Part shown: piece by piece, positions 43,301-55,991 of the stretch
Layout: every line of letters starts with the position of its first letter
How positions within the stretch are numbered: position 1 is the stretch's first letter
NCBI GenBank assembly: GCA_030141605.1
Contig: JAQGDQ010000001.1
Span: 3,100,001-3,164,000, forward strand
Length of the DNA: 64,000 nucleotides
Source of the DNA: Tubiluchus corallicola
Lineage: Eukaryota > Animalia > Priapulida
Direction of reading: 5' to 3'
Position numbers and translations under genes: made by a program
Notes under the pieces: generated by a model
Database searches by the model: none
Told to the model about the DNA's origin: nothing
The model's input: the letters and a program-made list of their open reading frames with translations, nothing else

Positions 43301-44851
43301 TGTATAATTTCTTTCATAATAATCCACGTTTTCTTCAAGTTAGTTTTAACATGTTCTAGTTTGTTTTGATAATAATTAGATTTAGAGAATTTTATCATAT
43401 TGTTTAACCTATTACGATACTGTTTGTATTCATGAATAGTGAGATCATAATTAATATCATTCTTGAGAAGTTGAGTATACATCTTATTTTCACATTTAAT
43501 GCTATTTAAGATGGCAGGTGTTATCCATGGCTTTTTAATGGCACCAGAATTTATATTAGTGTTGTTAATTGTAGTTATATTGTTATTGTACATCATTTAA
43601 AATTTATCTAAAAATAAATTATATGCTTCTTGTGGTTCAGATGTAGTATACACATCATTCCAATCAATGTTATCCAAGTCAGAAGCTAACTTGCGTTTGT
43701 TGAATGTTGAATGTTGAACTATTAGGCGTTATACGTGTGGTAAGGTAAATTATAAGGAAATAAGTTTTGCAAGCAGATGTGGCAATACCAAACAACACCA
43801 GCAGCTGGTAGTTTATCTTTTAAAGAAAAATAAGTACATTTTAGATGAATAATTCTGCCGCAGCAGTCGCAGTTCAACCGCCTGCTGGTTGCGTCGAATA
43901 CATTTATCGCATATTGGACAAAAACTGTGTACAGGTACCATCAAAAAGCGCAGGGAAAATCAGGGTTAAAGAGATTACAGAATAGAAAAAGAATAAAAAA
44001 ACAGAATAAAATATCGCTAGAGGAGTGTAAGTTTAAAATATGAAAAAAAGTCATATAATCACATAAAGTCACTACTTTATGTAAGTGCAATACCACTTTT
44101 ATTAGCATTGCACAGAAGCAACTTCTTTGGGTCGTATGACCACATTTTTGAAGAAGTACTAAAACTTGTGAAATATCTGCAGTAGTTACATCAAAATTAT
44201 TAAAAGCGAAATGTCAAAAGTTGTACTTTATTGACATAAAAGGTTACGTTTTAGTGCACTACACTATTTGTATATAGCCACATGTGCAGTTTGTCATGCA
44301 AATTGGCTTGCAGTCTTGTAATTGATTATACCATGGATGCTCCTTTCTTTGTGCTTTGTTCTTAGCTCATTATTTTTAATGTTATTTTTTTGTCCTTAGA
44401 TAATTCTGTCGTAAGACCATATGTAATTAAGCATAAAAAATAGTTACTATTAGATTAGCAGTTTTTATAGACTAACTATTTTCTCTCTCATTCTTTTTTT
44501 AGACATTTCTTTATTGTTGATCGGGTAAAAGAGCTCATCAAATACAATGCATACCAAGTGGCACCAGCTGAACTTGAAGCTTTGCTTCTTTCTCAGCCAG
44601 GCATAGCTGACGCTGCTGTTATTGGAATTCCAAATCAGCGCACAGGAGAATTGCCTAAGGCATACATCGTGAAAAAGAATGAACAGCTGACCGAAGAAGA
44701 AGTTAAGAAAGTTATAGAGGAAAAACTGGCAGCATTTAAATGGCTTAGAGGAGGTGTACAATTCACAACAGAGATCCCAAGATCCATAAGTGGTAAGATC
44801 TTGAGAAAAGTGCTGCGGGACATTGAGAGGAAAAAGTGCCAGGTATTATAA
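37373..44851 (+). CDS. Luciferase-like / 4CL-like acyl-CoA synthetase, paralog 2 (N-terminal PTS2, no PTS1)
   Basis: Exons 37373-37465 ([31 protein letters not shown]; in-frame TAA upstream at 37340), 38019-38964, 39579-39739, 40500-40672, 44503-44851; 573 aa. Motifs: [31 protein letters not shown]; ends KKCQVL*. Confidence 0.93.
41243..43720 (-). mobile_element. 5'-truncated CR1/L2-clade LINE (RT and C-terminal region), antisense in the last intron of paralog 2
   Basis: Minus-strand fragments [74 protein letters not shown]; (TAAA)n tail at 41243-41260; multiple stops and frameshifts. Confidence 0.9.
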
Positions 44852-45967
44852 TAATTACTTATAACTGCTACAGTGTTACAACTAGTGGGCAAATTGTGTA
44901 AAAAGTTGAGACTTCTGCAACGTAGAAAGGAAATGTGGAGGACAAAGACCAAGAAATAACAATATAATTGCTCATGACTGTTATAGTTTGTCATCTCTAG
45001 TCCTGTAGCTGACCAATAAACCAAATTTGTTAGTGTGTTTTCAATAATAAGTTGGCTACAGACTACTGTGTGTTAAAAAAGTTTTGCACTACAGCTGAAA
45101 AAGTGACAAGCATTACAGATCTGTTCAAACCTTTTCTTTACTGCCATAGTTTTTTGCTTAGTTGGAGGAGCTCAGTGATATGGTGAGATGCTACTAACTA
45201 TATACTGAAGACTTAGTGACTACTGTGCACAGTTTCCTTTGCATGGCTGCAGCTGTGCCAGAAATGTTAGAAAAAGATAGCTGCAGCTCGGCATGGTCAT
45301 GGCATGCCTGGGAGTGTTAAGACGCATGTTAAATGATGCTGTTTAGTGCTCCAAAAGGAAACAAGACATTATGTTTGTGCATCTATCAGGGTGTCCATAA
45401 ATGTGTTTAATTCAGTTGACCAAAAATTGGCTACAAACATCTGCTACTGTTGTAATAAGCACTATGTAACAATCATTACAACTTATTAATTGTGTTATCA
45501 ATAATTACCATTTCTTGTCCTGTATTAATTATTTTTTACAATTTTGCACACTGCAATTTAATATCTACCATGCACTTTTGACAGAATTCATTTATTATAT
45601 CGTTGGCTGATGCACTGTTAGAATCTTTCTTGTTAATGGTAGTACTTTTAAGTCTAACGTTGAGTCTGACAGAGGTGCTTTAGAAATCCTGCCGTATATG
45701 CAGATTTTACATAACAGCTTATCTCTCTTTTAATAGCTGAGTAAGTATTACTCTTTATTTTGTCACTCCCTCGCAAAAGGTTGTATTGTGTTATACCCCT
45801 ATAATATACCATGCTATTTTAATAGACTTATCCTGTTTGCAGCTAAAAATTAAAAGCTGATTTACTAAGGCTGAACCATAGGGTTAAGCTCAAACAAAGT
45901 TTTGCACTTTTGATTGAGGGCTGCACACTTTAAATGTGCATTTGTTTTAGTTTTTGTATGTCTTGGT

Positions 45968-46045
45968 ACCTGTGTGGTGTAATGGTTGCATATCTGCCCA
46001 GAAAGAGGAAGGTTTTGTGTTCGAGTCCTAGTTGAGATGCAAATT
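45968..46045 (+). mobile_element. tRNA-derived SINE-like relic
   Basis: A-box-like TGGTGTAATGG and B-box-like GTTCGAGTCC at tRNA spacing, followed by a T-run; no intact cloverleaf. Confidence 0.45.
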
Positions 46046-47109
46046 TTTTTGGATTTAATTTATTGACAGTTGTGCTTTCACATGTTTATCAGGTTGTGGG
46101 CGGAGCTTCAGCATGGAAAATTAACAAATGGATTGATTACCTCATACCCATGGAGCTTAAACTGAGAATTAAAATTGCCATGTTAGGCTAAATACCAGAT
46201 ATAGACAGTGCTGTAGCATGCATTTTTATTGTCCATGTGCATTATTGACGTTGATGTTGGCCAAAACGTATATTCTTTACAATCACTAGTACCAATATAC
46301 TTTTACACACTCAGTATCATTCTATTTTCGAAAATATATGCTACATTTGCGTCTGACATCAACTTGACGGTCTTGGTTCTCACCTTGTATACCATCACTG
46401 TGTACTACTACATCGGCATATTCATTGGTGCCATGTACCACGAGGTGGTACACGGCGAGCGACACATGGTGCTGTGGGACACAGCGAGGCAGTGCACATT
46501 ACAGTCGAGCAAGCCCAAACGCTCCAAATAGTGTAATTATGACAATTTTTTTATCGTCTTTTGTAGCAATTTTGGTTTCTTTAAAGCATGACTATTGTGA
46601 AGCCCTCAATCTCTCCTTGAAAGGTTTAAATTCGATATTATATTGAATCAGGTGAGCGAATTGGGTAAACAATTTATTTTCCAATAATCTGTTATTATAA
46701 TGTGATTGCAAGTCGTGGCGAATTTCTGTTTCGCAAAAATCGAGTTTAAAGGATTGCGCAAAACGTAAAGACGGCATTTGCGATTACCCGCATTGCCAGT
46801 TACAAACACTCGTGATTACGGTGATTTCAATGCTCATTATTTTCTACTTTTTTCTACAACTCGTAATTGTGGTTATTAGTTACCGCATCGGTAATTACCT
46901 TGGGTTAATACTTTTTTTAAAAACGTTTGCTCAGATATTGTGCTTTTTGGTAATTACTGGAAAAATAGTACCGGAAAGGGGATTCAGGCGGTTCACACCG
47001 GCCATACCATCAGAAAGTTAGTAGACTAATAGTAATACTGAGTAAAAGGAGCAGAAAGTAAAGGTCCTAATAGTAAACCATAAGAAGCATACATTCCGCG
47101 CTGCCCTAC

Positions 47110-47420
47110 ACCTAATCAGTAATCATTCTATGTTTTTAACACATTGGAATCGTGCGAAAAACATTGGAATCGTGCTTTATATAAAAAAACTTATTCTTCG
47201 CATTTATTTACACTCTTACTATACTTTAGTCCATCCGTACTTAAATTATGTGAGCTGTCTTTGGGGAATTACTTATACAACAAATCTAAATCTTTACGGT
47301 CACTCCAGAGAAAATGTCTTCGTTTATTTTATTGACTAAATAAATATTCTCGTATAAATGATACACATTTCAAAAATAGTAAACGTCTTGCTATTGATAA
47401 CTTGGTGGTTTACAACTCTA
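47110..47420 (+). mobile_element. Short fragment of a CR1/L2-type LINE ORF2 C-terminus
   Basis: YYTLVHPYLNYVSCLWG and SLQRKCLR resemble [18 protein letters not shown]...SLQCKFIR of the 41.2-43.7 kb LINE. Confidence 0.65.
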
Positions 47421-48487
47421 CAATTCTCGTTATTAGTCATGTCATACAAGAATGAAGGAGAAGAATAACCAGGAAGTATAGAAGAATTGACACCCTACTG
47501 ATTTTTGCAGTGACTCGGCTATTGATCTGTTTCTCTTTACATTCTCATGTGAATCTAATCTTCATTTTCACCATCATCTCATTCAGACTTCAGAACCAAT
47601 TAATTGAGTTCACCGAGCAAGTCATATAACAAGTTTTTTTTACAGTTGTATGCTTCCTAGAAAAATGTGTAAAATCATACCACTAACAGTCGCAACAGTT
47701 CCACTAATATCATGAAATAAGTAAACAATTATATAATTACTAAGTACAGGTTGTGAGCAATCCATCTGCTAATAAATAGCAGCAACTGTGCCAACCTCAA
47801 AGATTTTTCATATTACTGCAACGATTTTTCGTCATTTTGCTGTCATGGTTGCTTATAACGCAATCTGTCTGCCAACAGATACTGTTGTGTCAGCCCCATA
47901 TAATCCCCTTTTTGGTGAGCCAGCTATGCCTTGCAGGGCTGCACACATTGAAATTTAAAAAGGCCTACGTCTTTATTAATGTTATTATAGTTGTGAATTT
48001 TGGTCCTTGCCCCTGCAAAACAGTGTATGTGCTCCTGTCACTGAAAGACAAAATTCTGTGGCTTACGGATGCACTACAGTTTTTGAAATCAGTTGTAAAA
48101 CCTTCTAAATTTTCTTTTAAATTTTTTCTTCATGGTTCATGTTAGAACACAAAATTGTCTAGAACACTAAGAATGGCTGCGATGTGAAAACTCGTTCATT
48201 TGTGAAAAAGTTCCAGGAACTTTTTCCATTTTTTGTGAACTTACAAACTTGACAAATGTTGGAAAAAGAAAACTTGAAGTTGAATGTTGAACGAGTTATT
48301 CATTGAGAAGGCAAACTTGAACTTGAGTTCCAACTTCAGGTTCATCGGCCAAACTAGAAATGAGACAAAAAGGGAAAACCTAATAATATCTGTTATTCGA
48401 GTCACAGGAAATTACGTGTTAATCATGATTTTGTGCTGCTTCAAAGCTGAATATGCTAGATCTTCGGGCAGCATAGCCAGGTAATGA

Positions 48488-48793
48488 AGCCAGATGATTT
48501 GAGTGCAAAATTTAGCTAACATATATTAAAACTGCAAGGAGAATTTCAGAATGCTAGTTAAATAATTAAATAATAGTTGTTTAAGTGACTACAGTATTAT
48601 TTTTTATAAGCAGAAGTTAAGTCTTAAAAAATCACGAGCCAAGTGCAGCCAAATTTGAGTGCGAAAAATAGCTAATGTATATTAAAACTGTAAGGAGAAT
48701 TCCAGAATGGTAGTTAAATAATTAAATAACAGTTATTTAAGTGTCTAAAGTCTTACTTTTTATAAGTAATAACTAAGTATAAAAAATCGTGAG
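48488..48793. repeat. Imperfect ~160-bp tandem duplication
   Basis: agcca...tttgagtgc.aaa...agctaa...tattaaaactg.aaggagaatt.cagaatg.tagttaaataattaaataa occurs twice. Confidence 0.85.
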
Positions 48794-49880
48794 ATCTGAG
48801 CCCCATGATGTGAATGTTCTGATTTTCTTATTTCTGTTTACAAATATTAATAAAGTGAGGAAGTTCTATAAACTTTGATCATATAAAATGCAAATATAAC
48901 TTGTCTTTAGTAAGTTTTTGCAACATATATTCACTGCAAATGTGAATGCGAGAGGATGAGTTGATTTGCTTGGAACATTACTCTCTTTTTTAAAAGCTGG
49001 GTACTTCACCAGCATTACTGTTATAGTCAAGTGCCAGTTGAACAGTAGCTGCAGGTTCAGGAAAATATTCTTTTTGGGGTGAAATTGAAAATCTTGATGT
49101 TTAGTGTGGATCACTAACCTGGTGTTGTCGCTAAATAAGGCACTGTCATTAGGCTGATTTTGCTTAAGCATATTTTATACTTATTTTTATCCTTTAATGG
49201 ACGAAACATGAAAAGTCCAAAGAAAATTCAAGAAAACTCAAAAAAAAAAATCAAGGAAATTCAAAAAGACAAATTCTACATATTTAAAGGCCTCTCAATA
49301 GTAACAAAGATTGGCTATGTAATTGAAATTGTTATTATGATTATATAGTTTGCATGTCACATTAAAATTGACAAAATGATTTATGTACTTCCTCAATAAA
49401 ACAATTGAAATTGCAAACTGAGGCATAAGTTCAAAGTTCAAGATTATGAAGTGCAAGCTCTTGAACAGGATCAATAAATTCCAAATGGACTCATCCAAAC
49501 AAAAACCAGTGGCTAAAGAATGACTTTATACGTGTTTTTGCTAAAATGTTTTTTAAAACACAAAAACTTTGTATAACTAAGCTTTTGTGTGAGGTGCAAA
49601 CTGCAGTCTGTGTTTTGGCTCATTGCATTTCTGCTGCCATTTACTAATGATGCAATAAACCCGTTGAGCTTGTTTTATTTACATAGATTATTACTTTTTT
49701 TAGTTAGTTCCCAAAATGCAAACTGGCATCACTTTACTATAGAGTGGTCTAGGAGTACTATATCTGGCAACACAGGAGTTCATTAATTTGTTACAGAAAT
49801 CCCTACTATGTAAGTATAGCTAGAAAGACTGGAAATTGTTGTGCTTGTTCAATAATTAAGATTTTTATATGTACAGATCA

Positions 49881-49904
49881 ATGGTCAGTTGCTTCAAGAT
49901 TCAG
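49881..49904 (+). CDS. Candidate initiator micro-exon of paralog 3 (MVSCFKIQ)
   Basis: tacag|ATCAATGGTCAGTTGCTTCAAGATTCAG|gtacta. The ATG at 49881 ends in phase 0 and joins in frame to the acceptor at 51181 or at 51966. Confidence 0.4.
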
Positions 49905-50648
49905 GTACTATCCGTTTGGAGTTTTTGTTAATGTAAATGGATTCTTATGGTTATTTAACAAATGGATTGCCATTTCTACCAGCATTTTTTGCATTTTCAT
50001 TTTTTGAGTCTACTCGGCACCTAATTTAATTACCATTCACAGTTGTGAACACGTGGGGTTACTTTTATTTTGTAATCACCTGACTGTACATCAACAAGGC
50101 ATTTGTGACTTTATACGCCAGCTACTTGTTGTCTTGTACTAGCCAAAAAATTGATTTACTCTAAGTTTAAGTGTAATTTAACTGGGAAAGTTCTGAATCC
50201 CGTCATGAATAGTGTATTACTATGCTTTCACCATGTTTCTTTTCGTGCACTTCTAAGGCAGCTCACGTGTAGTTTTGTGTACGTAGTGCCTTCCTCATCA
50301 TACTCAGGGTTGCCAGACGTCCCTTATATACGGGGCATATACGGAGCAATCAATTATCCTATGTTTGATAATTTTGTCCCCTGTCTCTTTCCTGACCTTT
50401 CAGGAAAACCCAAATGTCCAGTTTTTAGTTCATTTTCAAATTTTGTAATAAAAATATATTTTTACTACCTTCTTACGGTTCTTATTAGTAACTTTTCTCA
50501 GATTCTCTTGATGAAAATAATTCAAATGTAACAATTAAATAATAATAATATTTTTCTGTTGGCTGTGTTAAATAATTTTCAAATGATTTTGCTTTTTTTC
50601 CACACAACCAGTTAAAATCCTTGCTTTATGTTTTTAACTTGTCTCTAT

Positions 50649-50752
50649 ATATTGGTTTCATATAATTATATATATAAAGTTATATATATCATGTATCATG
50701 ATATTGGTTTCATATAATTATATATATAAAGTTATATATATCATGTATCATG
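50649..50752. repeat. Perfect 52-bp AT-rich tandem duplication
   Basis: atattggtttcatataattatatatataaagttatatatatcatgtatcatg x2. Confidence 0.9.
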
Positions 50753-51180
50753 TATAAATATAAATATAATTATATATAAAACATATATATATGGTAAGGT
50801 ATAGTAATTTACATTGAAAATAATTGGCAAATAGAAAACTTGCTGGAGATTTTAACAATAGCAAATTTTTTTCCGTTATTTATTTTTTGTCTTGTTGTTT
50901 TAAAACTTCTGCATCTTAGGAAGAACCTAAGAAAATGTTCTAAAATTTTTGATGTTTATACCTAACTGCTTGAACATCAGTCTGGTAAAATTTTAAGTGA
51001 CTCTGTTGTTTTCTATATGTAATATCATAATCAAAATTTTTGCACATTTTTGAGCCACTTGATGTATGTATAAAAGCAAAAATTCATTGGCTTTATGTCT
51101 CATGTATTAAAGCACTTACATTAGCAAGCAAAAGCATAAAATCTTGACCAGTTTTATCTCGAGTAGTTTCATTGATTCAG

Positions 51181-54100
51181 CTTTGTAACTTCAGGTTGTC
51201 GAGTCGTATTGACTGGGTTAGAGAGACAGTTAAAACAGGTACATCTTTATCAGCAGCTGAGAGATTGAAAGGGCTAAAGGGACACCTATCTTGCCATTCT
51301 TTGGTATGATGCCTGATCATTACTGACTTATAATCTTAAGATTCTATAATCTTAATATTAAGATTATTATTAATGATGGTACAAATCTGCAGTTTATTGT
51401 ATCTAAAGACCATATGTGAAAAATAGGTTAAAGTGTTACCAGTAGGGGAACTGCAGGCTCAACATTAAAATTAATTCAATTAGTAGTTAGAACTGCTCTA
51501 GTATGAGTGATCTAACTTTGGAAATGCTGAACTGGCGGACCAGCTACAAGTGATTAACTTTGGATTGTTACAATTGGAACTGATTAGTCTAATGGCTTTG
51601 ACATCTGCTTTGTCAGCAGATAGTCCCTTTTCAAATGCAGACTATGTTCGAGCTTTTTTACATTTCTTGATTTTCAAGTTCAATTTTCTAAATTCAGTTA
51701 ATTGTTTCTTTGTACCATTGCATCTGACTGTGTAGCTCATTAAACAGTATTACGAAAATGAAGAAACATTTATGTTAATCAATTTTAATTTGGGATAACA
51801 GTATTAACTCTTAATTCATATCTTTTATAAAGTGTTAATAAATTATAATTATTTGCCTTACTGCCAAAAAGCAAAATCGTGATGCCGATTTTGAGAAAAG
51901 GATGATTCACTAATGTATAGTACATACGTAGGGTGCATGGACATTAAAATAATTTTGTTTTTCAGCAAACAGTTGGTTGTAGCAGCTCTAGTCAGTTCTT
52001 CGTTCGCTGCCCATTTCCAGAAGTTTCCTTGCCTGATAATGTAACTGTATCTCAGTTCTGCTTACACGAATGTGACAAACATCCTGATCGCGTTGCCTTA
52101 ATTGATGCAAATACAGGTTTGATGTACACTTATGGGAAGTTAAAAATTTTAGTGAGAAATTTTGGCTACTCACTGGTGCAGCTGGGTTTTAGAAAAGGTG
52201 ACGTATTTGCGATATGTTCTCCGAACTCTCCAGAATACATTATCGTTTTCTTGGCAGCTGTTCAACTTGGAGGTATTATAACAACTACTAATCCAGAAAA
52301 CACTGATCATGAGCTGTATGGCCAGTTTGTAGATTCGGGCGCAAAGTGGGTGTACACAACGTCTTTGATACAAGAAAAGGTTGGTAGTGCAGCTATAAGG
52401 ACTGGTCAAATACGGAAGATTATAGTTTTGGGAAATGCACATTTTAAGGACACTGTAACATTTGATGACTTGCTTCAAAGCGATGCACCAGCATTTCTAA
52501 ATCAATGTAAAATTAATGTAAAAGCTGACTTGGCAATATTGCCGTATTCTTCGGGAACTACAGGAAAGCCGAAGGGAGTTCAGTTGACACACTACAATGT
52601 TGTAGCGAACAATCTCCAGGCTCAACTGCAATGGCCATTCAGACAAGAAAACAAGTATCTTTTTCTTGTGCCAATGTTTCACATTTATGGCACTTTTCTT
52701 ATACTTGGAATTCTGCATAGTGGTGCTGCTTGTGTCATCTTGCCCAAGTTTCACCCACCTGATTTCTTGAACACCATCCAGAAGTACAAGATAACTCATG
52801 TTCATCTTGTTCCACCAATCATTAATTTTTTGGTGAAATCTAGCATGCCAAATACCTATGACTTGTCATCATTACAAACTATTTATTGCGGTGCAGCACC
52901 TTTAGGTAAGATTTTCACATCTTTTCCGAAGATCTATTTTTTTAGTAAAGTATGTCTCAGAAGTTGGTTTACATTTTGATGCTGCTTACGGTTACAAGAG
53001 TTAATGCATCAACCAAAATATAGGTGTTTAAAATAAGGTCAAAATTTTTAGCCAGATATTCATTAAGAAATAATGGAAACATTGGCATATGTTGTCATCG
53101 TTAAAATGAACTGTTGTTATATGGGGAGTTGTTTTAACTCTCTCCATCACTTTCAATATTGAATGATAAATTCAGAAACCAAAGTTGCCGTAAGAGGTTG
53201 TTAAAAATAAGAGCTTGACTGCTTTTAGATATTCTTGAAACTATATGTACGTGTGGCTTTGTGGCTGTTTTTTAACCTCTAACATTAAGGTTTTGACAGT
53301 TTAACATCTCATGAGTCTTTTATTAAAAGAAAAGTCATGGCTGTTGTTGGCAAGTTGACTTATTTTAACATCTGAGAAAAATGTTATAAAGTTTAAGCAA
53401 TAAAATTCCCATAAGCGCCTCTTGTAATTAGTGGCAGCAATTTGAAGTAGTGATCATTTCACGCTATTCATTGGGTGCACTCATTATGAATGAAAAATGA
53501 CATCGTTCGGTTACTGTGCAATATCAACCCTTCAGTGCTTCATAGTGTTTAAGCGAACTTTTGCAAATGCAGGCACTGTTATTAACTATAAACTATCCAA
53601 AATATTAAAGGAGAGATTATAAATACTGTTTTTTTATTAATCTGGTTGCCCACTGTGTAAGGAAAGCAATTACTGATGACAGAACAGTAATACGAAAATC
53701 TGGCTAGTTAACTCCCAGAGAGCAACAGAATAATTAGTTTAATAAGCTAAAACTCAACTTTATAAGCTAGGTAACCCACCTGACATCAGTACGTAGGTGC
53801 AAAATTGCACGCTTGTCTAAAAGTCAACATATATCTGTATGTCCAGTACAATACTTGCGATTTTTAAGATATAATCCTGTGAATTAAAACTGTGGAATAA
53901 GGTAACATAACAAGTATTAGCAATGTAAGTTGATGCTAATTGAGCGGATGACTAATTTTTACAAAAACATAATTAAACACAAAGATTTAATCAGCTAGTG
54001 AGTGAACTCCAGAAATTTTGCTATGCGTGCCTTCGTGCTGTCTGCTAGCTTATGTAATTTTTTTCAAATGTGCCCGCAGTGAGGCTCGCTTAGTGGGAAA

Positions 54101-55991
54101 TAAGAATTTAAATTTCTCTTGCATTTTAACAAGGTGTTTTATGCACGCATATTGTGTAATAATTTTAATATTTTTAATTGCTTATTAAGATACAATGAAT
54201 GTCGTTTGAGATTAGTTTTCCTTTTAAATTCGAGTTTGTGGAATATGAATTTTAGCTTTAATTTATTGTTGCTTCATTGGATAAATCTTTCTTACAAAAT
54301 TATTATCACTGCTGACTTAACCACTGACCTGAACTGCAAGTGCTTAAACCAAAGTTTTACGGCAGGTTTATCCATCTAACTGACACTTTTTCTCGTTTCT
54401 TATTAGCAAAAGAAGTAGGAGATGAGCTGTTAAAAAAATTTCCAACTTTGAAGACTTTCCAGCAAGCTTGGGGTATGACTGAGACAAGTCCTATTGGCAC
54501 GGCTATGCCGGAAAACGAGGCATTTTCTGGCTCAGTTGGCTACCCTGTGTTAAATACAGAAATGAAGGTACTTATTTAAACGCAGTTACAAATCCTATAA
54601 GAATTTTTGTTCTAACGCTTCTGCCCTGTTTCGTAATTACGTTAGTGTTGATTGTGAATTGCCAAATGTTTTTTAAGTATTGTTAATGTTGATTTAGGTT
54701 GTTGACTTTGAAACGGGTGTATCGCTTGGTCCGAACAAAGAGGGTGAACTGTGGCTTCGAGGACCTCAAGTGATGAAGGGCTACCTCAACAACCAGACCG
54801 CAACTAACGAATGCATTATGGCCGATGGATTTCTGCGAACTGGAGATACTGGATATTACACTGAGGATGGGTAAGTATTTGTTCAACACATTTCAAAGCT
54901 CATATAAATCTTAAGTGGTGACTTATGACTGATTATTTTCTTTTAACTTTTGAACAGATTGTTCAAAATGGAGTTTGTAAACTAACATAGATGTAGCAAA
55001 AGCAGCAATAATAGTATGTTAATTTTAAACCACTTAAGAAAGTAAAAGGGTTTTCCTTTATTTTTGGTTCCATTTCAACATGGCTTTAGTTGCAAAAATG
55101 ATCATCTAAATGTGGATACAAAAATTTTGAAAACTGTTTAGTAGGAATTGCTCAATGAGAATCGAATTTTCTGTAGCTTTTTTCTTTGAAGAAACCATGG
55201 ATAGGGTTAATGATGGTACAAACCCCACAATTAATGAAAGAAAGATAGGAAATGTGAAAAGTTGTAATACAACCAAGATTTGAACCAATACCTGCAATAT
55301 TGAAAATGCTGAATTTGGGTGGCCATCTATAAGGCTGTACTTTGGACTGCCTTGATCACTGAGAATTCAGTTGCCTAGTGGTCTAAGGCATCTGACTTTT
55401 AAACAGGGTCCCTGCCACCTGGTTCGAAGTCAAACTGTTTTCTCAACTTTTTCAAATTTTCACTCATTCAAGCTTCTATTAAAATTTAATTGTTGCTTTT
55501 GTACCATCACCATTAATAATAATAATAATGATAATCATGAACAATCTTATTATTATAATAATTAATGGGTAGGATTAAATTGTGGAGAGGTAAGACGAGT
55601 TATGAAAAAACTGTAGGAAGGTAAATGGCAATTGCTTGTTTTCATTTATAGGCATTTCTTTATCATTGATCGAGTAAAAGAGCTCATTAAGTACAATGCA
55701 TATCAAGTAGCACCAGCTGAGTTGGAAGCGCTGTTGCTGACGCATCCTGGTGTAGAAGACGTTGCTGTAATTGGAATTCCAAATGAATGGTCAGGAGAAG
55801 TACCAAAAGCCTTTGTTGTGAGGAAGCATGACAATGTGACAAAGAGAGAGTTGATCAAGTATGCTGAGCAGAGACTTGCACGTTATAAATGGATCAGGGG
55901 CGGTATTGAATTTGTACCAGAAATTCCTAAATCACCAAGTGGAAAAATCTTAAGAAAAGTTTTACGGATGAAAGAAAAAAGTAAACTTTAA
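51181..55991 (+). CDS. Luciferase-like / 4CL-like acyl-CoA synthetase, paralog 3 (PTS2 and PTS1 SKL); start-codon exon probably further upstream
   Basis: Exons 51181 (or 51195)-51303 (...AAERLKGLKGHLSCHSL), 51966-52905, 54407-54567, 54698-54870, 55652-55991. Motifs: [31 protein letters not shown]; ends KSKL*. The PTS2 exon has no in-frame ATG. Confidence 0.92.
55366..55440 (+). mobile_element. tRNA-derived SINE-like / pseudo-tRNA relic in the last intron of paralog 3
   Basis: TTGCCTAGTGGTCTAAGGC (A-box/D-arm-like) and GGTTCGAA (B-box); stems degenerate. Confidence 0.45.

Noticed and set aside
44840-44851. CAG|GTATTA near the end of paralog 2 as a donor for an alternative C-terminus
   Set aside because: The exon length to the stop equals that of paralogs 1 and 4, the donor is weak, and no downstream PTS1 exon was found.
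44465-45024. Minus-strand ORFs overlapping ligase exons (also 29998, 52170, 52497, 60483, 62360)
   Set aside because: Antisense shadows of real coding exons with no motifs of their own.
55366-55440. Functional tRNA genes (also 17396 and 45968)
   Set aside because: Acceptor, anticodon and T stems do not pair properly; only promoter-box remnants remain.
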